A stretch of 64,000 nt of DNA from Candidatus Omnitrophota bacterium (GTDB lineage Bacteria > Omnitrophota > Gorgyraeia > Zapsychrales > JAHFFX01). The stretch lies in contig JAHFFW010000012.1 of assembly GCA_023247725.1 (NCBI GenBank), forward strand, positions 1,833-65,832, written 5' to 3'. Shown piece by piece: positions 8,852 through 17,430 of the stretch. Below the pieces are notes generated by a model. That model saw only the letters and a list, made by a program, of their open reading frames with translations. It was not told the DNA's origin and did no database searches. A program made the position numbers and the translations under genes. Position 1 is the stretch's first letter. Every line of letters begins with the position of its first letter.

Positions 8852-9546
8852 AAATCCGTTTGTCTTTTGTGATTGGCTTTTTGATTTTTGCCGGTTTCGC
8901 CTGCAGCCGAAATTCGTATCCCCAGACCATGAAATTTTCCGGCACGCTCGAATTGACCGAGCATGCCTTGGGGGCGCGGGTGGCCGGACTATTAAGTTCT
9001 TTATCCGTCGACGAAGGCGATGAAGTCAAGCAGGGACAACTTTTGGCCACCTTGGATCGCTATGACCAGAATCGCAAAGATTTTGAACGTTCGCAAAGCT
9101 TGTTCAAACAGGGAGGCGCCTCCGCGCAAGCTTTGGAATATGCCGCCCTGTCTTTGGAAGATCAGCAGATTGTTTCTCCCGTGAACGGAGTGGTCCTCCT
9201 CAAGGTGCACGAAATCGGAGAGACCGTCACTGCCGGATCGCCGGTTGTGGTCGTGGGCGATCGAAGCAAATTGTGGGTGAAGATTTTTGTGCCGGAAGGA
9301 TGGATCAATCGCATTCTGCTTGGCCAGCCGACGACGCTCACCTTCGACGGGCTTCGCCAATCATTCAAAGGGCATGTCAATTTTATCTCCTCTCAAGCGG
9401 AGTTTACTCCGCGCAATGTTCAAACGCAGGAAGAGCGGATCACGCAGGCCTTTGCCGTCAAGGTGGTTTTGGACGAACCGCCATCGTTCCTTCGGCCAGG
9501 CGTGGCTGCGGATGTGGTCATCCAAACGCAGGAAAGAATTCCATGA
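8848..9546 (+). CDS. HlyD/YbhG-like periplasmic adaptor lipoprotein
   Basis: Lipoyl half motifs VDEGDEVKQGQLLATLD and SPVNGVV; AEFTPRNVQT motif. Confidence 0.9.
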   Translation: MKIRLSFVIGFLIFAGFACSRNSYPQTMKFSGTLELTEHALGARVAGLLSSLSVDEGDEVKQGQLLATLDRYDQNRKDFERSQSLFKQGGASAQALEYAALSLEDQQIVSPVNGVVLLKVHEIGETVTAGSPVVVVGDRSKLWVKIFVPEGWINRILLGQPTTLTFDGLRQSFKGHVNFISSQAEFTPRNVQTQEERITQAFAVKVVLDEPPSFLRPGVAADVVIQTQERIP

Positions 9547-10472
9547 CTCCAGCCATCGCCATCGATGTGCGAGAATTAACCCGGCGCTTTGGACCATTGA
9601 CCGCCGTCGATGGGGTAAGTTTCCAAATTGCCTACGGAGAAATCTTCGGTTTTCTCGGGGCCAACGGCTCGGGCAAAAGCACCACGCTGCGCATGCTTTG
9701 TGGAATCCTCGCTTCGACCAGTGGCCGCGCCACCGTCGGTGGATTCGACATCAATACTCAATCAGAACAAGTCAAAGCCGCCATCGGCTATGTGTCCCAG
9801 CGATTCAGCCTTTACAGCGACTTGACCGTGCAAGAAAATTTGCGTTTTTTTGGGAGGATTTACGATTTGGCAGGCAAGGTTCTTGAGAATCGGATTGAAG
9901 CCGTTTTGGCCATAACGGGTTTAAAACCGTTTCGCCAAAAGTTGGCCGGGATTCTTTCCGGAGGATGGAAACAAAAACTCGCCCTGGCCAATGCGATCTT
10001 GCATGAGCCCAAGATCCTTTTTCTGGATGAAGCCACCGCTGGCATTGATCCTTTATCCCGTCGGGCGATGTGGGAAGTGCTGTATGAACTCGCCGCTCAG
10101 GGGGTCGCGCTTTTTGTCACGACCCATTATATGGAAGAAGCCGAACGCTGCCATCAGATCGCCTTTATTAGTTCAGGAAAAATTCTCAAGATCGGTTCGC
10201 CTTCCGAATTGAAAAGAACAGTCAGCGGCCAATTGTTGCAGGTCCAATGCCAGCCGCTCATGAAAGCGTCACATCTCTTTGAAAAATTGCCCGGCGTCTT
10301 GAGTGTGACGGCTTATGGCACGGCCTTGCATTTGAACACACAGGATCCCGTCGCCGTAAAGAATCGGGTCGAAGCCACGGCCAAGGCCAACGCCATCCAT
10401 ATCGAATCCCTGCAGCCCATCTCTGCTTCCCTGGAAGATGTCTTCGCCACCCTTGAAGTCGATCGATCATGA
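9543..10472 (+). CDS. ABC transporter ATP-binding protein (YbhF-like)
   Basis: GANGSGKST, LSGGWKQK, LFLDEAT, TTHYMEEA; start at ATG 9543 overlapping the upstream stop. Confidence 0.92.
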   Translation: MTPAIAIDVRELTRRFGPLTAVDGVSFQIAYGEIFGFLGANGSGKSTTLRMLCGILASTSGRATVGGFDINTQSEQVKAAIGYVSQRFSLYSDLTVQENLRFFGRIYDLAGKVLENRIEAVLAITGLKPFRQKLAGILSGGWKQKLALANAILHEPKILFLDEATAGIDPLSRRAMWEVLYELAAQGVALFVTTHYMEEAERCHQIAFISSGKILKIGSPSELKRTVSGQLLQVQCQPLMKASHLFEKLPGVLSVTAYGTALHLNTQDPVAVKNRVEATAKANAIHIESLQPISASLEDVFATLEVDRS

Positions 10473-11572
10473 AAAATATCAAGGCCATTGCCACCAAAGA
10501 GATGATCCATATCCTCCGCGACCGTCGGACGGTCTTGATGGTTGTCCTCATGCCGTTTATTCAATTGATGATTTACGGCTATGCGATCAACATGGATGTC
10601 AAACACCTGGCGACGGTCATCCGCGATGAGGACCGGACTTATTTAAGCCGGCGATTGATTGCGGCCTTTGAGCAGTCAGGGTATTTTGATGTGATCAAAA
10701 GGGTTGATTCGCATCGAGAACTTTATGAGGCCATTGATCGCGGCAAGGCCAAGGCGGGATTGCTCATTCCCCCGGATTTTACCAAAGACGTACTGGCGCA
10801 GCGTGGCGCTAAGATTCAGTTGCTCATCGACGGAACCGATTCGACTCCGGCCAACGTGGCGTTGAATTCCAGCCAGGCCATTGTGGCCAATTTTATGCAA
10901 AGAGAACGTCTGATTCCCGTCAGCATCCTGCCGATTGATTTTCGTCCGCGATTGTGGTACAACCCGGACTTAAAAAGTTCCTTTTTTATGGTCCCCGGAT
11001 TAATCGGGCTTTTGTTACAGATGCTCATCCCGATGGTCACGGCGACCGCCATCGTCCGGGAAAAAGAACGAGGGAACATCGAACAGCTTTTAGTGACTCC
11101 GATCAAGCCTTTTGAACTCATGCTGGGTAAAATCATTCCGTATATTTTTATCGGGATGTTCATTGCCCTTTCGGTTTTAGCCACCGCGCAAATCTTATTT
11201 CATATCCCCATCCGGGGAAATCCTTTGACCCTTTTGGGCCTGACCTTTCTTTTTTTGACCGTGTGTTTAGGGATAGGGTTATTGGCCTCGAGCGTGGCGG
11301 ACAATCAGCAGCAGGCCATGCAAATGATCATGTTTTTTATTGCCCCGTCCATCCTTTTGTCCGGATTCATTTTTCCCAGAGAAACCATGCCGCAGGTTGT
11401 TTATGGCCTGAGTTTTTTTATTCCTTTGACCTATTTTGTCATTATCGTCCGGGGGATTGTTTTAAAAGGACTGGGCTTGTTTGACCTCTGGGATCAGGTG
11501 ATTCCACTGGCCCTTTTGGCGGTCTTGATTTTGGGTTTAAGCATTTCGCGATTTCACAAGCGGTTGAGCTGA
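10469..11572 (+). CDS. ABC-2 type permease (YbhR/YbhS-like)
   Basis: KEMIHILRDRR, WYNPDL, REKERGNIEQLLVTP, LSGFIFP. Confidence 0.92.
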   Translation: MKNIKAIATKEMIHILRDRRTVLMVVLMPFIQLMIYGYAINMDVKHLATVIRDEDRTYLSRRLIAAFEQSGYFDVIKRVDSHRELYEAIDRGKAKAGLLIPPDFTKDVLAQRGAKIQLLIDGTDSTPANVALNSSQAIVANFMQRERLIPVSILPIDFRPRLWYNPDLKSSFFMVPGLIGLLLQMLIPMVTATAIVREKERGNIEQLLVTPIKPFELMLGKIIPYIFIGMFIALSVLATAQILFHIPIRGNPLTLLGLTFLFLTVCLGIGLLASSVADNQQQAMQMIMFFIAPSILLSGFIFPRETMPQVVYGLSFFIPLTYFVIIVRGIVLKGLGLFDLWDQVIPLALLAVLILGLSISRFHKRLS

Positions 11573-11704
11573 TAGAATATCACTTGCGCTTTGCCAGGAG
11601 CTGTTTTAATATGGCTATTATTTTTGGTCCAATGGAAACCTCAGAGAAAAGGCACGGGAATTTAAGGGACAGATTGTTTTAGACAACCACAAAGGAGAAG
11701 GCTC

Positions 11705-12187
11705 ATGAAAAAGTGCACAATGATGATTTTGACAGCGATCCTGATGACGGGCATGGGGGTCGGCATTGTTACAGTAGCCGATGAGACCACGGCGTCCGCC
11801 GTGAATGCCACGGTCATGACGCCTCCGGCCGGGACAGCCGATGAAATGACCGGCATCCTCGCCGCGGCGGAAGAGTGGCTCAAGTTGGTTGATGACGGCA
11901 AATTCACGGCAGCTTGGGATGCCTCCGCCGATCTTATGAAAACTTTAACCGCGGCTGCGGATTGGGAGAAGGCCATTGTTCCGGTCAAACAAGTCTTTGG
12001 CAAGGTCAAAAGCCGTAAGTTAAATTCTCAACAGAAAATGACGAGTTTACCCAGTGCCCCGGACGGAGAGTACATGATCCTTATTTATGAAACCTCCTTC
12101 GAAAATAAGCAAAATTCCATTGAAACGCTCACCCTCATGAAGGAAAAAAGCGGTCATTGGAAAGTGGCCGGATATTTCATCCGGTAA
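11705..12187 (+). CDS. DUF4019 family exported protein
   Basis: AEEWLKLVDDGKF...LPSAPDGEY...TSFENK...WKVAGYFIR; RBS aaggag. Confidence 0.85.
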   Translation: MKKCTMMILTAILMTGMGVGIVTVADETTASAVNATVMTPPAGTADEMTGILAAAEEWLKLVDDGKFTAAWDASADLMKTLTAAADWEKAIVPVKQVFGKVKSRKLNSQQKMTSLPSAPDGEYMILIYETSFENKQNSIETLTLMKEKSGHWKVAGYFIR

Positions 12188-12222
12188 AAATTAATCAATA
12201 TTTCTTGAGTGGGATGGAAAGT

Positions 12223-12266
12223 CGGGGGCGGCCCGCCGCAAATGAATCGTAGGCGGGCCGCCCCGC
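12223..12266. repeat. GC-rich hairpin similar to 22924-22982
   Basis: cgggggcggcccgcc...ggcgggccgccccg. Confidence 0.55.
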
Positions 12267-12289
12267 TCTTTATCTTCAGATTCACTTCT

Positions 12290-12308
12290 CCCCACCTCGT
12301 AAGTGGGC
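12290..12308 (-). repeat. Short palindromic repeat (gcccacttacgaggtgggg family)
   Basis: Its reverse complement is identical over 19 nt to 28010-28028. Confidence 0.7.
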
Positions 12309-12362
12309 GTGGTGAGGGTATTTCATGGCCTTAAGAGGATTTTGCAATCCTCATCTTAATAC

Positions 12363-12956
12363 ATGAAAAAAATTTCCGAACAGGCCTTATATCGCGGCCA
12401 ATGGCTGGATCTTTATGAACTCACCTACAGAGATGAGAAAACTGGAACTTTGCTAAAATGGGAGACCGTGCGTCGTAAAAAATCTGCTCCCTGCGGCGTC
12501 GTTGTGATCGCGAAACTCATTCCTTCCCAGCGCTTCATCCTCATCCGGCAATTCCGTCCAGCCATTGAGGGCTTTATTGTGAGTTTCCCGGCCGGACTGG
12601 CCAATGGGGATCCGCAGCACGCCCTCGTCGAACTCAAAGAGGAAACCGGCTATACCGGTCGGGTGGTATCGGCGAGTCCGCCTTTGAAGGTGGGCTCGAG
12701 CATCATCGATGATTCCGGCCGCATCATTTATGTCGAAGTCGACGAACATGATCCAGCCAATAGCCATCCGCAACAACAGCTGGAACCCGGTGAGGTCATC
12801 GAAGTTTTGCTCCTTCGTCCTTCTGAGGGGAGAGAGTTCCTTGAAAGCGAATATCAGAAGGGGATTTATATTAGTTCCAACCTTTGGTATCTTTTTATCT
12901 CGTCCGAAGAGGTTGGAAAAAATCAACAAGGTTTAAAATTTCTCCGTCAAGGATAA
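12363..12956 (+). CDS. NUDIX hydrolase (ADP-ribose pyrophosphatase-like) with an atypical Nudix box
   Basis: IRQFRPAI...FPAGL...ELKEETGY...QQLEPGEVIEV. Confidence 0.85.
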   Translation: MKKISEQALYRGQWLDLYELTYRDEKTGTLLKWETVRRKKSAPCGVVVIAKLIPSQRFILIRQFRPAIEGFIVSFPAGLANGDPQHALVELKEETGYTGRVVSASPPLKVGSSIIDDSGRIIYVEVDEHDPANSHPQQQLEPGEVIEVLLLRPSEGREFLESEYQKGIYISSNLWYLFISSEEVGKNQQGLKFLRQG

Positions 12957-12960
12957 CGGC

Positions 12961-14205
12961 TTGAACAAACCTCCCGGGTTTATCAAAAACTACGGATTCT
13001 CCATCGTGCTTGTCCTTTCGATCCTCGCAGGTTCCTGCCTAGGGGTCGTTTTAAAAGAAAACGCCCGAATTCTCAAACCCTTCGGCGATATCTTCTTGAA
13101 TCTTCTCTTCACCATTGTCGTTCCTTTGGTTTTCTTTTCGATCTCCTCGGCGGTGGCTGGAATGACGACCGGTCAGCGCTTAAAAGCCATTATGGTTTGG
13201 ATGCTGATCGTCTTTTCCTGCACGGGGGCCATCGCCTCCCTATTTATGGTCTTGGTGGTCAGGCTTTTTCCTCCGGCCTTAGGAACCTCGATTCATCTTC
13301 CAACCGTGGTGCCTTCGAGTCAACCTTCGGTCCTGGAACAAATCGTCAAGGCCGTGAGCGTCACGGATTTTGCCGAGCTCATGTCCAAGAAAAATATGCT
13401 GGCCTTGATCGTCTTCTCTGTGTTCGTGGGGTTAGCTGCTTCAGCGTCCGGCCCGAAGGCCAGGGCCTTCCGGGATTTTCTCGCCGCCGGTCACGAGGTC
13501 ATGGGCAAGGTCGTTTCTTACGTCATGTTCTATGCGCCTATTGGGCTGGGGGCATATTTTGCGTACCTCGTGGGGACACTGGGCAGCCAACTCGTGGGTT
13601 CCTACATGAGGGTCATGGTGCTCTATTACCCAACGGCATTAATCTATTTCGGCGTTGGTTTTTCCTTTTATTCCTGGCTTTCCGCCGGAGTTGAAGGGGT
13701 GAAGAAATTCTGGAGCAGCATCATTCCCGCCGCTTTAACCGCTTGGGCGACCGGCAGCAGTGTCGCGACCATCCCGACCAATTTGGCGGCGGCCAAACGG
13801 ATCGGCATCCCCGAAGATATTCGCGAGGTGATTATTCCCGTGGGAGCCACGATTCATATGGAGGGATCGTGCCTGGCCGCGATTGTCAAAATTGCATTTT
13901 TGTTTGGTCTTATGGGAATGAATTTTTCCGGCACGGGCACACTGTGTTCTGCCGTCGGCATTGCCTTATTGTGCGGGGTCGTCATGAGTGGAATTCCGAG
14001 CGGTGGGTTCCTGGGCGAAATGCTCATCGTGACTCTTTATGGTTTCCCCATCGAGGCTTTGCCCATCATCTCAATGATCGGCACACTGGTTGATCCGCCG
14101 GCGACCATGGTTAATGCAACTGGAGATACGGTCGCGGGCATGCTGGTCGCCAGAAAATTGGATGGGCCTGGATGGGACAAGGGAGATATTCCGGACGGAG
14201 GTTAA
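12961..14205 (+). CDS. Dicarboxylate/amino acid:cation symporter (DAACS/SDF family)
   Basis: LKPFGDIFLNLL, ATGSSVATIP, GATIHMEGS, TMVNATGD. Confidence 0.92.
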   Translation: MNKPPGFIKNYGFSIVLVLSILAGSCLGVVLKENARILKPFGDIFLNLLFTIVVPLVFFSISSAVAGMTTGQRLKAIMVWMLIVFSCTGAIASLFMVLVVRLFPPALGTSIHLPTVVPSSQPSVLEQIVKAVSVTDFAELMSKKNMLALIVFSVFVGLAASASGPKARAFRDFLAAGHEVMGKVVSYVMFYAPIGLGAYFAYLVGTLGSQLVGSYMRVMVLYYPTALIYFGVGFSFYSWLSAGVEGVKKFWSSIIPAALTAWATGSSVATIPTNLAAAKRIGIPEDIREVIIPVGATIHMEGSCLAAIVKIAFLFGLMGMNFSGTGTLCSAVGIALLCGVVMSGIPSGGFLGEMLIVTLYGFPIEALPIISMIGTLVDPPATMVNATGDTVAGMLVARKLDGPGWDKGDIPDGG

Positions 14206-14218
14206 TCCGCAGAAGTTC

Positions 14219-14271
14219 AGTGTTAAGTGTTAAGTGCCCACTGGTCGTCTTAACACTTGAAACTTAACACT
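14219..14271. repeat. Inverted heptamer-repeat hairpin (agtgtta)n
   Basis: agtgttaagtgttaag...cttaacacttgaaacttaacact. Confidence 0.6.
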
Positions 14272-14377
14272 ACTGACTTCCGTATAAATAATACAATATT
14301 TACGGAAGCAGTACTGCCAACGCAGGCAATAACTTATGACTATAAGACGAGTACCATTACTTATGCGTTGGTCAGTA
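14271..14377 (+). mobile_element. 107-bp MITE-like double-hairpin element, copy A
   Basis: Terminal inverted repeats tactgac...gtcagta; 15 mismatches in 107 nt versus the reverse complement of 33313-33419. Confidence 0.8.
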
Positions 14378-14415
14378 ATTTCGCGCCGGAAAGGCAAGCC
14401 CGTGGGGTTCCATTG

Positions 14416-15150
14416 ATGCAGAGGCCCAGAAATTTAAACTTTGGCTGGATTTTTTTAAGCTGCATTTTTGTGAGCGGTCTTTTTGTTCCGCTCTTACCGG
14501 CAGAATCTTTTTCGATTCCGCCCATATTGAAAACACTGCCGGATTCTATCCAACAAGTTATTCTTGTTAAGCCATTTCCTTCCCGTGCGGCCTACGCAGA
14601 ACTTTCGGCATGGGAAAAATCCGAAGATGATTCGTGGAGACAAGTGGTCGCCCCTGGCTATGCCATGATTGGCCGTCGAGGTTTTGCCCCTCTGGGACAG
14701 AAAAAGGAAGGGGATGGTTGTACACCGTCGGGAATCTTCCGGCTGAAGCTGGCCTTTGGAGATGTTCCTTTGGTTGAGACCAAATTGCTTTATCGTCAGG
14801 CCACCGACGAAGATTATTGGGTCGATGATCCTGCCTCTGAACAGTACAACCAATGGATCACCGGCCAGCCTCAAGCTGCCAGCTTTGAAAAACTCAAACG
14901 CCATGACATCTTGTACCGGTATGCCGTGGTCATCGAATACAATACAAACCCAGTTGTTCCCGGTCGAGGCAGCGCCATATTCCTGCATGTCTGGCGGGCC
15001 TTGGGAAAATCTACCTCTGGATGCGTCGCCGTCAGCGAAGAAACCATGATTGAACTCTTGCGCTGGCTGGATCGCGCCAAGACGCCGGTCATCATCCTGG
15101 GTGATGTCAAAAGTTATCGCGATGCAACGTTGCCTGCAGCAGAACGCTAA
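14416..15150 (+). CDS. L,D-transpeptidase (YkuD) family protein
   Basis: KKEGDGCTPSG, GSAIFLH...STSGCVA catalytic motif. The upstream ORF extension is read-through of the repeat elements. Confidence 0.88.
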   Translation: MQRPRNLNFGWIFLSCIFVSGLFVPLLPAESFSIPPILKTLPDSIQQVILVKPFPSRAAYAELSAWEKSEDDSWRQVVAPGYAMIGRRGFAPLGQKKEGDGCTPSGIFRLKLAFGDVPLVETKLLYRQATDEDYWVDDPASEQYNQWITGQPQAASFEKLKRHDILYRYAVVIEYNTNPVVPGRGSAIFLHVWRALGKSTSGCVAVSEETMIELLRWLDRAKTPVIILGDVKSYRDATLPAAER

Positions 15151-15185
15151 TCTGTTCTTTGACAATATGGTGGTATAATTTCGCT

Positions 15186-15393
15186 ATGCCTAAGCGATCA
15201 AGCAAAGATGAAAATGCCATTGCTTCATCAATTTTTAGCCAGCTCACGCAGTCTGCGCAGGAAGAGCCTACCAAAATCTTACCGCTGTAGCTTTGGGACG
15301 TCTTGGGGATTTAAGTGGCAGAAAGGCTCGGGAAAAACATTGTCTGAAAAACGTCGTTGGAAAATAGCTAGAAAAGCGGCTATGAGGCGATGA
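15186..15393 (+). pseudogene. Frameshifted small basic protein of the MPKRSS...KNPAAVALGRLGGLKGGKARA...IARKAA type
   Basis: Three consecutive frames give MPKRSSKDENAIASSIF.../NLTAVALGRLGDLSGRKAR/TLSEKRRWKIARKAAMRR; two apparent 1-nt deletions. Family recognised from memory. Confidence 0.65.
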
Positions 15394-15431
15394 GTGAAGA
15401 AAATTGATTCTCAAGAAAAGTTATGCTACCA

Positions 15432-15459
15432 TTGACACCTCTTTTCTGCATGATAAACT
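15432..15459 (+). promoter_or_regulatory. Promoter for the AT-rich gene pair
   Basis: ttgaca-16 bp-taaact with a TG extension. Confidence 0.5.
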
Positions 15460-15478
15460 TTAACTAAAGAATACAATA

Positions 15479-15889
15479 TTGACAAACGCTCATTCATTCA
15501 AAATCTATTGGCCACCGTTAGAACGTGAAATTGATATACGGGTAGAGTATGAGTATTATGATTTTCTAAAGATTCATTGGCCTCATGATTTTGCAAATCT
15601 CATTACAGCCTACAAAGTTTTAGAAAAGCCTAACCGTATATTTTTCGGACTAAATAGATCACACAGCGATAGCACTAAGAAATATTGTGTAATCGGAAAA
15701 CCAGATCATTGGTACGTAGGAGAATCAAACAGCGAAGTGCCTTTTCCTCCTAAATGTGTTTTTGAAGTTTTTTTAGATGAGCGGCATAGTATTTTTGAGT
15801 TTGGCGTAGAAGAAGCAGATACCGAAGATCAACTATGTTCAGTTGGATGGCGCGAAAGATTCGGGGAGCTAATATGGAAAATTTCTTAA
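15479..15889 (+). CDS. Hypothetical protein, possible BECR/RelE-like toxin
   Basis: AT-rich ORF; VLEKPNRIFFGLNR...YCVIGKP...VFEVFL pattern; overlaps the next gene. Confidence 0.6.
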   Translation: MTNAHSFKIYWPPLEREIDIRVEYEYYDFLKIHWPHDFANLITAYKVLEKPNRIFFGLNRSHSDSTKKYCVIGKPDHWYVGESNSEVPFPPKCVFEVFLDERHSIFEFGVEEADTEDQLCSVGWRERFGELIWKIS

Positions 15890-16293
15890 AAAAAGTAATG
15901 GCCGATATGAAATCAAAGGAATTTGGTTCGGGGAAGGATACTGCTAAAATTTGGTATAATTCCGTCGGTGATTGCATTCAATTTAAGACCGATCATGTTC
16001 CCTCGATGCGTAAAAGGATTGATGAATACTTGACTCTGTATCTCACATTAGAAGATCAAAAACCTATTGGATTCCAATTGAAAGATGTCCATGCTCTAAT
16101 TAATAAGTATGAGATTGACCTTTTTGCGGTCCAAGCAGAATATACGCCTGCTGATAAAAAATTGATTTCAATTACTACATTAATTTTAAAAGCATTTTCA
16201 AAGATGCCGGCTAATCCAAATCGAATTTCTGGCTATACGGACGCTTTCAATACAATAGTCAAGGATGAAGATAAGGTAGAAATCCCTGTGTAA
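15874..16293 (+). CDS. Hypothetical protein with a DUF2283-like segment (possible antitoxin)
   Basis: WYNSVGDCIQF...IDEYLTLY...KPIGFQL resembles the DUF2283 pattern; RBS ggggag. Confidence 0.6.
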   Translation: MENFLKKVMADMKSKEFGSGKDTAKIWYNSVGDCIQFKTDHVPSMRKRIDEYLTLYLTLEDQKPIGFQLKDVHALINKYEIDLFAVQAEYTPADKKLISITTLILKAFSKMPANPNRISGYTDAFNTIVKDEDKVEIPV

Positions 16294-16317
16294 GAGAATC
16301 AATTCCTCATTTTTGAA

Positions 16318-16349
16318 GAGCCGACCTTCTTAGGGTCGGCTTTTTATTT
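16318..16349 (+). terminator. Rho-independent terminator
   Basis: agccgacc/ggtcggct stem followed by ttttattt. Confidence 0.75.
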
Positions 16350-16423
16350 GCCTTAACAATTCTTGAGCGGTCAAGTATACTTGCGCTATTGTTATTCGTG
16401 ACCATTGTTTGCGAGGGATCCTT

Positions 16424-17227
16424 ATGGGTCGCAAATCGCTCAAACTCTTTTTTATCTATGCCTTGGGTCTCTTCATGGTCTTCCTGCACAATGGATCGAC
16501 CTTGGCGGATATTTCATCGCAGAAGCCGGCGCAACAGTTTTATGATCAGGCTGTCCTTGCCAGGGAGAATGGCGACTTGCAAAAGGCAAGGGAGGCCTGC
16601 CAAAAAATTTTGACCGATTATCCGGATTATGAATTCCTGCCGGCCGTCAGAAAACAACTGCAAGAGATTCTCTTGGCCCTCATTGTGTCCGATCAGAATT
16701 CTCCCGAAACCTTGGAGTATATCGTGCAACCAGGAGATACCTTGGGTTCGATTGCCCGAGCCAAAAAGACGACGCTGGAATTGCTTAAAGGGCGCAATCA
16801 TTTGACGAGCGATACGATTCGTCCAGGACAAAGACTTTCGTTGTGGAATTCTCCATTCGAAATTTTGATCGATAAAACGCACAACACCCTTCAATTAAAA
16901 ACCGCGAATCAAATCGTCAAAACGTATCCCGTTGCGACGGGCAAACAACAGACAACGACTCCGTTGGGAGAATTCACCATTCAACACCGATATCCAAACC
17001 CTGTGTGGTTTCATCATGGCGAGATCGTGCCGCCGGGAAGTCCGGAAAATTTCTTGGGGACCCGCTGGCTGGGATTTAATAAACCGAAATATGGAATCCA
17101 TGGGACCATTCAACCAGAATTGATCGGTCAATCGGTCTCCGGCGGTTGCGTGCGCATGCGCAATGAAGATGTCGAAGAGCTTTATGATCTGGTGCCGGTC
17201 GGGACGAAGGTGACGATTGTGGAATAA
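16424..17227 (+). CDS. TPR-LysM-L,D-transpeptidase
   Basis: YIVQPGDTLGSIA LysM; YGIHGT...SGGCVRM YkuD motif. Confidence 0.92.
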   Translation: MGRKSLKLFFIYALGLFMVFLHNGSTLADISSQKPAQQFYDQAVLARENGDLQKAREACQKILTDYPDYEFLPAVRKQLQEILLALIVSDQNSPETLEYIVQPGDTLGSIARAKKTTLELLKGRNHLTSDTIRPGQRLSLWNSPFEILIDKTHNTLQLKTANQIVKTYPVATGKQQTTTPLGEFTIQHRYPNPVWFHHGEIVPPGSPENFLGTRWLGFNKPKYGIHGTIQPELIGQSVSGGCVRMRNEDVEELYDLVPVGTKVTIVE

Positions 17228-17242
17228 GGATACGCGCAAACC

Positions 17243-17280
17243 CGCGGCGGCTTTTGGGCCAGAGGCCCAAAAGCCGCCGG
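17243..17280 (+). terminator. Hairpin after the LysM-YkuD gene
   Basis: cggcggcttttgggcc/ggcccaaaagccgccg perfect stem. Confidence 0.55.
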
Positions 17281-17430
17281 CGCTTCTTCAGGCCTTCGAA
17301 TTTACGAAATTAGCCATTGCAATTTTTTCGCGCCAGCGATAAACTCTTTTCAAGTCTTTTGGGTTGGTGAAGGGCGGGGTGAACCTTTGCGGTTTACCCC
17401 GTCACTGTTTTAAAGAATTCCATCTGCATC

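Noticed and set aside
14257-14415. N-terminal extension of the L,D-transpeptidase
   Set aside because: It is the translation of stacked repeat elements; the signal-like segment begins after ATG 14416.
15208-15393. Intact 61-aa ORF from the ORF track
   Set aside because: Only its last ~18 codons match the inferred family; it is better explained as part of a frameshifted pseudogene.
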